A DNA stretch of 64,000 nucleotides from Blasia pusilla (taxonomy: Eukaryota): NCBI GenBank assembly GCA_050084515.1, contig CM114271.1, positions 44,516,001 through 44,580,000 on the forward strand. Reading direction: 5' to 3'. The notes beneath the pieces were generated by a model. It ran no database searches. It was not told the DNA's origin and saw only the letters and a program-made list of their open reading frames with translations. Position numbers and translations under genes: made by a program. Shown here piece after piece: positions 40,645-51,851 of the stretch (position 1 is the first letter of the stretch; each line of letters opens with the position of its first letter).

Positions 40645-43600
40645 TCAATGTGCAAGATGCAGTCTATCTTTCATAGCTTGTTTGCAGCACACGTCTGCAA
40701 CTAGATGCCGGATATGTGGTGCATACCACTTCACTCTTTCAACATGCACAATAGAGATGTCCCAACACCGTCCTGCACCACAGCCGAAACCAGAATGCAA
40801 GTTAGTCACCATCCTCTCTAATAACAGCACTGACCTGCACCTGGAGACACTGGCACCCATCTTTACCACGTATTCTTACAGTGAACCAGCAGCTCCTAGT
40901 AGTGAGTTCATAAATCCAGATCGAATCGGCTCCTATACTAAATGTCGTCTCCTCACCTTGAGCCATGGCAAGTTGTCTTAGTGATCTCAGAAGGTTCTCC
41001 ATCCACACCTTCTCCTCAGCATCGTTCACGTTTTCATGGACAAGTAGCAACCCTCCTTCAGATCTGCATTTTTAACAACATATGTGAAGCACGCATCAAC
41101 TCCCAAAACTATGTACCAACTCAACAGCGGAGACATGCCTCTAGCCATCAGAAAGTCAGGGCTCTGCATAGCTCCCAGATTCTCCACAAGTGATCCCCCT
41201 TGCCTACACCTCAGAACTCCATCAAACTGCAGCATCCCCCACCAATTCTGATCTAAAGCATGACTGCACTCCATTAAAGCCTCGAAAGTGCCTGGTCACA
41301 ACTATCTGAATAGTAAACACTGCAGTGGGGTTGGACAAGTTAACTACTCCTTTTGTAGTCATCTTTCAATTGATGACCACAGGTAAATTTTAATGAAGTT
41401 TGTCCGAAAACAGCTCAGAAAGGAGTCCAGAGTTGGATAAAATAGCCAAGTTTAGGCATCTCACCGAAGGGCTCCAATGGCTGTAGCCCAGCTACCTTCA
41501 CTTGTTGGCAGTAGCCCCAAGCACACAATATCAGCCACCCCCTGTGCAAACAGAAAGATTAAACACAAGCGTACTAAAGACTGGTCCTAACTACCTAACA
41601 TTTAGAAGAACGCTCCTACTGCTGCTAAAGTGTGCACCTCAATGACAAACTAGCTATCAAGCCACTCTTTAAGTTAGAACACACTCATGCAAGAAAATAT
41701 ACCACCAAAGCTTTTAGTCCAGAACCAGGTAAAATATTGTTTCATGGGATCACCTGAGGAGCTGTCTCGCGGTTATCTCCTTCTATTACTGTGCACATAT
41801 CCTCCACTCCATTCACGCGCAAATTGTGATGAAGAGCCTTGATTGCATGACGGTTCCACTCACAGGCATAGACCTTTTGTGCACCTGTCCTGCTTGAAAA
41901 GAGACAAACAAGTGAGTATACAACACTCAACTCCACAATTAAACTAGCCAATAGTACTCCTTGCTTCACTGGATAGGTCCAGTGAAGGACATCTACCGAC
42001 AGAATATCACAAGAAAGAACCAATACTGTTCATGTCTTATTTCACTCCTGATGGACCAAGTGACACAGTTGCACCACAACTTTCCAACTGAGCCTGGCAA
42101 AGTCTGACTTAATCAGATCAACTTTACTACAACACCAACTGTGACATTAAATGAGTAAATGTTGATGTGGTGGACAATCAACTGACATCCCAAAGAAAGA
42201 TGGGGTATTTTCCTATAGTAAATTCAGTTCCCACAACTTGACTTGGGCTACATGAGAGGGCGGTAAGAAATGGAAGTCAACCACACCAGGATCATACAAT
42301 TGCAATTGTAATCATTCACATGATTAGAACTGTGTTTGCACACTATTGCTCACATTTTCATCTCCAAAACTTCTCAAAGAAAGTGAATGGTATGCACTGT
42401 AAAACTCACTTCAGCAGGAAGGGTAAGACATAATATCCAATGCCAGCGAACAGATCAACAACTGTTGCACCTTGGCACTGCATGTTTGCAATTCGGAGTT
42501 TCTCTGACACATTGCCAGATGAAAACATGCATTTGGTGGCATCAAAACAGTATAGGATTCCATTTTCTCGGTGCTCCACCCATGCATCAGATCCATACAA
42601 CAACTGCAACTGACTGTCTCTGGTTCCTGTAGCAGCCACAGGTGCCTGAAATGACACCACAGCTTTCAAAACAGAGAACTTATCCATGGCAGACACTAGC
42701 TTTCCCAAAATGTATCCAAAACCATTTGCGACATGCATCCTGTGAGAAAACAAAATCATAGCAAGCAAGGTTTGAAGGTTTGCTTGTCCATGATTCTCCC
42801 TCCAGACAATGCAAGGGAATCAAGTTATAAGCCATAACCATACACTCTTGCGGCAAGAATCCATGAGCAAATAACAAACCGAACAGAAAAGTGGTGGAAT
42901 GGTATTACCTGGCGTGCTACACGGGTGGCACCCAGAGATTCCGCAATGGTTCTCCACAGCTGTTCACCAAGAGAGGACCATACACTACTGCTCAGGGAGC
43001 CTGCAGGAAGTACAACCATATCCCCAAGTCGCTCCCATCTGCAACCATTTAGATTTTTACACTCACACATGCATGCTTTTAAAAACAATGTACTGGTCAT
43101 TTCATTCAACTGGCCCAAAAAATGAAAAACGAGAATTATTGGTAGAGGTAGTGGCTACGGTGGCTCTCTTGCATCATGTGTGCAGCCTTACGTAAACTGC
43201 AGGTGAAGAAGAGGCCCAGAGGCTTAAAGTCCAATCTTTCAGGAGCCACTCAAGACTATTAAGAAGAGTTATCACCCCTCACAGGTACATCCTCAATGAA
43301 ATGGAGAATCCAAGACTCAGTAGCCATGCAGAGGAGGAAATGACATCAAAAAATCAAGAATGCCATAAGCCTGAACAGAAATTCAGGAGACATGAGATTA
43401 AGAGTGATGAACTGAATACAGAGACAATTCATGGAGGAGTTCAAAAATTACAACCCTTACAAACACAATGGTGTCGTGAACGGCAAACTGGGGAGTAGTG
43501 TGGGATCCAACACCTATGAAATGCTTACAAAGGATACACCGGGTCGCTCTTGCATGGAGGGAATATGAAAACTAAAAAACGTCTAGAGGGAGATGGAAAT

Positions 43601-46600
43601 CTAGTTCCCACCACTAGCTCTTACCAAGTGGGTTGGGAGTCCCAAGACTTTACCTTTTAGGTAGTTCTTCGAGTAATGACTGGCACAGGTTACTCTGCTC
43701 CAATACAGCACCAACAGCTGTCTGCAGCATGACAAATGGAGAGGTGTGCTGTTTGGTGGTAAATGGCATTGCCAATTTCACGACTTCACCTCCCAATCCA
43801 CCAAGTAACATACTCCAAGCCCCTTTCATTGTGGCGTTTTCCAGTTCTGTTGCTACCGCACTCTTGCTTATCAATGAATTGACCTCTTGAGTTCTGCAGA
43901 TTCCATGAATGGTTGTACACCCAACTTCCAAGTAGTATGAAACTGCTTCACCTAATATTGGAAAAGCAACATGAGTTCCTTGATTAAGAAGTCTTGGTTT
44001 CCTATTGGGGTCCAACCAGTTCAATTCCTTCAATGCATCCTTGGCCGTCTTTCCCACCTTTCTATCGAGCTTTAGTGCCCAAGTCAATGGATTTTGATCC
44101 TCACAATTGCTCTCTATTTTATTCAGGTTTTCCATGTGCCTATTCTCCCTTTGCTGCTTTTGGATTGAAAATGTTTCATCGGCTAAAAATGGTGTCAGGT
44201 TTAGACAGAAAGGTGGACTAAAATTAGTGCCGAACGCATAGCAAGCTGCACCTCCCCCAACTACAATAAGAGATTTACCAATCGTTGCTGTTGTGTGCCT
44301 GACTAATAGACACTTGTCTGGCCACACCACTTGCACCCTCACCCAAGTAGTGTCTCTCACATTCAATAGAATAAGATCTCTTTCTTTGGTGATTGGACAT
44401 CCACCAATCACTGCTAAGTAATGACCCATAACTGTCATCGTATGTGAGAACCTAGGGGAAGGAGGCCTTCCTGCATATTTTGGCCGATCCCAAAGATAAG
44501 TCTCAAGATCCAAAACATACAAATCTCCTAACGCTTTGTTCCCTTCTCGGCCACCAAAAAGATAAAGTTTCCCGTTTATGGCAGCTAGTGAGTGTGAATG
44601 GCGCGCACATGGAAGCCTTCCTCCACATTTGATCACTGACCATGTCCAGGAGGATGTGTCCAGCATGTGCAGATCATCCAGTGCCACAGAGCCGTTTAGA
44701 CCCCCATAGACATATATGTTGCAACCATCCACTGCAGCAGCATGTCGATGCCTGTTAACAATTTTTTCCAGCAGGGTTAACAACCTTAAGAGACATGAAC
44801 TGCATGTTGGTAGCAGACACGTAGTGCATGTGAAGGTCACAATGCACTGTTCTACCAGGCTCCCTCCTTGAGATTTAGGCTCAATGTATGTCAGGTGCTA
44901 CATCCATGGAGGGAATTGGAAAATGTTTGCATCGCTCAAATAGATAAAATTCACCCTCAAACAAAGATAGAATGAGTGCAATGCAAAGCAACAGAGCAAT
45001 CCTGCAAGAAGCTGTCAACCGACATAAATATGTTAAAGCCGGGTATACAGTTGGTTGACAGCCTTTACCATACTTTTGAACGCAGGGTTTTCTCAGTTGC
45101 TGACTTCTGAATGAAAATAAGTGACTGCTCAGCATTGGACGGGCCTGTAAAGTACTCATCCCAGACACAAGGAGAGGTGAGAGAAACACCTGGGAGTAAA
45201 TTGGGAACCAGTGACCATAGGAAACCTCCACTCCAGTGTTTTCATGTCAAGGACAATAATATCATTAAGGATGCAAGTGGGAGATGTCCTGCCCCCAATT
45301 ATAACCATCATATCAGCCACCTGTGAAGTCGTATTTGCCATCATTGGGGCTGGTGCCCCAAAAGCTTGAACAGACCTTAAGGACCCTTTCTCTGTATCAA
45401 GGATCAACAGATCATTTTTGCGTGCATGCCTTTGAGGTCCACCATATCCACCGAAAATTATGACAGAAGATTCATATCCCGGGTTGGAACCCACCATGGA
45501 ACACGCTGAGTGGCCCCAGCGAAACAGCTTCTCAACTGGTTCACCAGATACTACGAAGCAAGCAGCAAATAAACTGCACATATCAGATTGCCCCAATCCT
45601 GTAAGTACAATGACCCACTCATTTCATTCAGTTGAAAACGGAATGAAATACCAAAGGCTGTTCCATACAGTAATGCAGACCAGATGTCTATTTCAACACT
45701 GTATGGACAGTTTATTAAGATCTGGATGCTCAGGCCAGAAACTAAAGCTATACACTGTCCGGACAACTTACAAACATCCATGCAATTCATAGGTAATCAG
45801 CTCAGAATTATTGTTGATACGATGGTAGAGGAACAAAGGTAGACAGTTGCATCAGAAAGTCGGTTGAATCAAAGAGACAGCAAATGACTGAAGCTAAAGC
45901 ATAATGCATCAACTGAGCCTGAAATTGTCTACATTGGGCATCATTTTTCTGGAATAGATGACATATGATTCCCTGCATCACCTTGACAGCCTTCTGCACA
46001 GTTGGAGTCACTTTTCTGCATTGCGTGTGCTCTATGAAATTCTTCCTCTTTGTCGTCATTTAGGTGGTGATCCACATTCATGTGACAACGGAAGGATATA
46101 TTAGATTTTTCTTTCCCACTAGTGATCAATGGCTTGGTCGTAGGTAGCTCCATTTGCTTACAACCACTAGTACCATTGGAGGCACTCGTATTAAGACTCA
46201 AAAGCTCAAGGGACACGATTTTTGATAGCACATTTGTTTGTCTCTTTTCAAGGCTTGACAAAAGCTTCTGTTGTACTTCTGGATTGGTTCTCTGGCGCCT
46301 TCCCTGCCCAGTACTCTTACTCAGTGACTTCCTTCCACCACAAGTTTTGGTTCCTGGATGAGATGACCCCCCTTCAAGCTGCACCATGTCAAAGTTATTT
46401 CTGATGGCCTCGTACATTAATTTGTGTGGCCCAAAGCATATGCAAGGAATTACAGTAGCATTTCCAACAACAAAGCCTTTACAACTAAGATAAGAAACAC
46501 ACCGGACTCAGCCATATGGACAAGAAAATACCATCTCCCTGAAGGTTAACAAGAATCTGTCGATTCGTTGCTGGTTAGCAACTAATTTCTTATTTGCTAG

Positions 46601-48087
46601 TGCAACGAGAAATTTAATGTAGTTATCAGCAACTAGAACCTGGCCCTCATCTCCAATAGGGACCTCCATGCGGATTGAGCAGCGCACAGCCACTATCACC
46701 CTCTTTCCAGAGCTTGTAATTCCTGTCCAATCAGTATTAACTTTACGGGATCAGAAATCTCCAACGTTCTAAGATTGTCTGAAGAGCCTTACAGTATAAC
46801 TCTAAGCAGTACAAACATCGATTTCATTGAACCAGACTTTGAAGTCGACAAACCTGGGCAACCATAGAGTAAGAAGCGGTACAAGGGAGTTTTCCATCAA
46901 ATGTCCATCTACGTACAATTGTTCTCAGGCACGTTTTTCATGATATTCTATGGTTCATCCTTGCACTGGAAGTCAGAAACGGGTAATCTATTTAATTTAT
47001 GGTTCACAAATGTAACGTATCATTCTATATGAAAGTCTTCGATTAAAGGATGGATCGTTTCGGCTTTGGCAACCCTTGTTGTAACTTCTTCTAAGCTTAG
47101 CTTCAGCAGACATGGAATGTTATAGATGTTTCCCCCAACATCCGAAACACTGCATTACATGCTCACAGGGAATGAAAGAATGGGTGACATGATTTAGGGT
47201 TTAGGGTGGCCCAACAGGGCCATGGGACTTTGATTTGCAAAGTGCCAACAATTTGAACACGACAATGCATGACCGGAGAGGTCCTCTGCTCCACGTGACT
47301 ATCTTTAGCTTTCCCAAAATTGCGTACGAATTTAGCAATCTGAACCTGGTTCTTGCTAGCCATGAAATCGATATGACCATGAGGGCAGGGCTTTGGAAGA
47401 GATCGGCGATCTCTGGTCTGGTGTTATCACTGTAATTGCGATTGGAAAGGTAATGCCGTTCGTTATTTAGAGAGAGAAAGTGTACTCATTAAGTAGTGTG
47501 TGTCGTAGCCTTGAGACCATAGACCCCGCGCCATGGTTCGACGGTGCTAGAGACTGGGATGCGTGTAGAGAAAGGAATAAGTGAAGAAGGTACCATATGA
47601 GAGGTGAGAGGAGGGAGATACTCTCATATAGTGTTGGTACTGACCAGACAACGTGTTGCAGCGTAGCTTCCAAGTGTCAACCAAGAAACTCTTCACCACA
47701 CCATCTACTTTACCTGGTTGGGATCCCCAACAGACATTACTTACGAGTGCAGCAGCTTTGGGCAATGAATCAAGGCGACTGAATGTGTGGAACAATTCTG
47801 GTGTTACCAGCTTAGAAATATCAGCATATGCTCTTGCTCTGTATATTGTGAATTTTGTGCGGGAGACCCAAGTAGTGACTAGATGTTTCATGCCCATCGT
47901 CACACAAGGCGAAAGAGTTTAGTTGCATTCCCTTCCTGCTTTTCTTATGGTTCAAGGAAATTGCCCCCGTCCTGAACTTGAACTTGAGCCGGGTTTCCAA
48001 GCAAAGGGTTCCCCGCAAATAGTTCTTCAGTTCTGCCGTATCGGGATATACCGGCAAGAGAGAGGGGTCAGACATTTTCATGATTTC

Positions 48088-48136
<49 letters not shown>

Positions 48137-48601
48137 AGATTCTCGAAATCCAGACGCAAGAGCGCAGGTGACAATCTCTTGACCAGCATCCAAAGAACGG
48201 CACTCGAGTGCCAATATGAAAGGCTCAAATCGAAAGACCAGCAATCCTTTCTGTCTGACATCGTATTTTTCTCTCACAGCCAGCATCACCTCGTCCGCAT
48301 CCGCTGCCTCGTGACTTACATAAATCCAATCCCCTCCTTTCTTGCTCTTCCTCTCAATTACACCGTCTCTCTCCAAGTCAACCGCAGTAGAACTTGACCG
48401 TATACAGGGTTGGTCCAGAAATAGAGAAATGCGACCGGAACAGGAGCTGGTGGTGTAGAAGTGCGGATGACAATTGATTCGGCTGATCAGGTTCGCAATC
48501 GGAGCATCCACGCCTCCCTTACGAGACTTATCTTTCTCCTCAGAGGCCAGTCCTGCAAGCACTAATCGCTTGCGCATTTCAAATTCCATCCCACTTCCCA
48601 T
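40645..48601 (-). CDS. tRNA wybutosine-synthesizing protein 2/3/4 (TYW3 - Kelch/TYW4-C - TYW2 fusion), ~11 exons
   Basis: TYW3 motifs DKSRKGGVDAPI, YTTSSCSGRI, GFRESG|ITSSGKRVIVAVRCSIRMEVP. Kelch repeats (GHSAC, FGGYGG, RHRHAA, ARHSH, PRFSH). TYW2/Met10+ motifs WERLGD, KCMFSSGNVSEK, VVDLFAGIGYY, ACEWN, HENV, KWYAPH. Exons with phase-consistent GT-AG: 48601-48136, 46722-46532, 46378-(~46156 or ~45981, uncertain), 45598-45190, 44751-43654, 43038-42909, 42645-42410, 41889-41754, 41541-41465, 41063-40957, 40772-40645. Confidence 0.93.
47479..48087 (-). mobile_element. 5'-truncated LINE (RTE/RTEX-like ORF2 C-terminus + 3' UTR) in TYW intron 1
   Basis: YLRGTLCLETRLKFKFRTGAISLN...ALCDDGHETSSHYL; homologous to 62681-62983; flanked by (TC)n on both sides. 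Confidence 0.75.
48088..48134. repeat. (GA/TC)n microsatellite
   Basis: Direct reading; begins immediately after the GT donor of TYW intron 1. Confidence 0.97.
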
Positions 48602-49648
48602 TTCTCCTCGACCTCCTGTCCGCCTCCTCCCTGCCCTTATCAACCTCACACCGCATCAATCTCTCTCAGAATTTTGCATTGCAATGTCAGGGTGACCGTC
48701 GCCTGCACGATCTCCTTCCCCTGACTCCATTTCCAAATCTCCCGCCCCATCCCCTACACATCAGTCTCGGACACAACCTCTCCCGCATCGAGTCCCTCCA
48801 TTGATCAGTCTGAAGCTCCCCAAACCCTTCTCGCTGGTTAAACCCCACCTTGACTTGGAAATGCGTGTGCCGTGGACGGAACACGCTCGTTTGAATGGAA
48901 TGTGCTATTGTGACAAGAACGCTCATTTCAAGAGGAACTTTCATCAATATGTAATATTTTGAATACTCACATGATAAATTCGTCCACTTTTTTATAAAAA
49001 CAAACCTCAAAAGATTGAAGGAAGATGTAAACCTCGATAAATCATCCTAAAAACAAAAGAGGGAGACTCAAAGAGTCAAGTATCCGGAGGTCACAATCGG
49101 TCCTAAAAGAGTAAAATATAAACTTTGATGGAAAACCCATCGGGATACAAAGGAGAGGGGCATAGACAACCAGAAACCCGCGGGCCAAAACCGGCCCTAG
49201 AAAGGAAGAAGGGGAAATTCTCCCTATTGACTAAACTCACCAACAACAGAGACACAGTATCAACAACTCCTAGAGAATTTTGATTACTATTTTGAACACT
49301 TGGAAGGATTTCCTTTTACGATCCTTGAAATGATATACGTTTGAAAAATAATTTTTTTTGTTTAAGTGTTAAATCTCTTTTTAAGTGGTTAAAAGAGGCT
49401 AATAGTATAGACCTTACTGGTCTATACTACTATTGGCCTTACTATACTACTATTAGCTAAATGAGATTGTTAACTAGATGTGAATTGTGTCACGATATGA
49501 AGCCATCCAAATGGATAGGTGTCGTGCTTGAAGGCTTGTTGTGCGCATACACATCGATGTTACCGAACACACACACACAAACACGCACGATCCCATGCTA
49601 ACTCATGGCATCCAAATAACGAGACAAGAAGTACTAAAATATCTCCAA

Positions 49649-50171
49649 TAAAATAAGATCCAATCTCTCTCACAACACCATAGTTCTCACATGTGTGCAC
49701 TCTCATATGTCTCTCTCTCAATGTCAAACCAAACCTACTCTCCTAATGAGAGGCTTGGGTTACACACACAAGGCAAGCAAGACCAAAGCTCTGCCGCCTC
49801 ATGTCAAGAGGTTCAACAAAGAGAGAATGAGCTCTCAAGCTCTCTCTCTCTCCTTGAGGTAGACCCCTCCCTTCTCCTAAGCTCTCTCCATGGAAACCTA
49901 TGCTCCCAAGTCACCTCCTTGGCTCTTGACCTGATGTAAGAGGTCAAGGGCCACTTACCAAAAATATAAAGTTGATCATATACTTTAAATGGTACTTATC
50001 TAAAATAGTAAGTTTCTCAATATGGCTCCAAATGAGCCGAAACGAAGGGAAAACCTTCTCTCTCAGGTTTTTCGAGGCCTCATTAGGCCATCCTCGACCT
50101 ACTGAGTCTGTCTTCCACTACTCGTGAAGGTGCTATACTAGATCTCACCGATCTATCTAAAAGACGTGACA
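49649..50171 (-). repeat. LTR-like repeat (family X), copy 2, flanked by two copies of the PHD-Gypsy LTR start (49538-49647 and 50172-50301)
   Basis: Similar to 15620-16135; flanks share CATCCCATGCTAACTCATGGCATCCAA...GAGACAAGAAGTAC..AATATCTCCAA-like sequence. Confidence 0.7.
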
Positions 50172-51851
50172 GTTGTCGTGCGCATACACATCGCTACACA
50201 ACTTACATCATTGTCACCGAACACACACACATAAACACGCACCATCCCATGCTAACTCATGGCATCCAAAAAATGAGACAAGAAGTACCCAAATATCTCC
50301 AATCGCCCCCCTAGCTGGTGGTTAGGTCCCTCTAACTCTAGATAGCCATCTATCCCTACGTACCATGATATACATCTCTCGGACGTTAAGAGCAAGAAGG
50401 TCGGGTGCTCATGTGGCCCTATCGTTAGTCGCCTTCTCGTCATCCATGTCATAGACACAATTCGGAATGTAGAACTACCTACTCTATGGACATCTGGGAC
50501 ACATCCATCGTCCCTGAGGAACCCATATGGCGTCAAACATGCCATATGCTATCCTCTCAAACAACCATCACAAACTAGCATAGTGGCTGCACCACGGGCG
50601 GAACCACACAACATACACCGCAAGCCTGCAGGAACTATTGCTAAGTTCGGATCAACTGTACCGTCAATGTTTGGAAGATGCCATAGCGTACAGTTACGCG
50701 CATGGTCCTTCCAAACCATACCATCGTGTCCCTCTAATAAGAGAACACCGGATGGCAAAACCTCATGCACTCTCAAGATGGTGCACCATGCAGTTACATC
50801 CAATGTCGTAGGTGCCGTGTGCTGCAAGTAGACATAGTCTCCTTAATGAAAACTCCAGATAGTAGGTCGATAACTATCTCCCCGAATAATCGCATATCTC
50901 AATGTATCCCGATGTTGCGCAATCCCCAAGATCTCACACGCCATGGGCATCACTCTCTGAAACAACTCAGCCCTCTGAGAACATGCTTGCATCCATACAT
51001 CGTGGTCATCAAGGTTCAACACCTCACCAACATCTCGACACGTAAATCTGGCTCTCGGCCATAAAGCAACAAGTACGGTGAGAAAGACGCTAAGGATGTC
51101 TGTCTGCTGAATTTGTATCCCATCGCCAACCATGACAACTGAAGGTCCCAATCTCCTAGATGACCTCTCTGCAAGCCATACTTACGTAGTCCTCTCTTCA
51201 CCATCTGCACAACCCGCTCCACTAGTCCATCCGCCTCAAGATGATCTCGCAAAGTAGTACGGTGGTCGATCAATGCTTGATCACACAAGGCCTGAAACTC
51301 CCCGCGGAACTGTGTACCCTGGTCTGTCAACACCTCAGCTAGTGCGCCGTAATGACTCAGCACTTGATATAGGAAGGCATACGCTACTCCCTCACTCGCT
51401 TTGTTAGGCAATGCAACCAACTCTATCCACTTCGAGAAGTGCTTGACCATCACCAACACATAACGACTATGGCGCTCCGTCAAAGGCAAAGGTCCTGCAA
51501 AATCCAAACTCCATTTGTAACCTAAATCCATGATCGGAAGTGGATGCAACTGTGGAGTCGGATCATTGAACGATGCTCGGACTCGATCACACACCATGCA
51601 TCTGGCAATAAATTGTTGAACGTAAGTATGCATGCCTCGCCACCAATACTGAATCTAGAGCAAGTTGTACATCCGCTTCACTCCAAAATGACCCAACTCC
51701 TCACGGGCATGACGCACCAAATGTGCTCTCTATAAAGGATGAGGCACTACATGCACTCTACCATCCTCCCACACTCTCAACATATGTGTGCCCTCCCATC
51801 GGAACCATCTCGCTCGTTGTAGGATCCGATCCCGCTCTCTAGCACCCACTA

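Noticed and set aside
51847-51851. CACTA pentamers at 51847 and 59582 as CACTA transposon ends
   Set aside because: They are direct repeats abutting TG...CA LTR termini, so they are a 5-bp TSD
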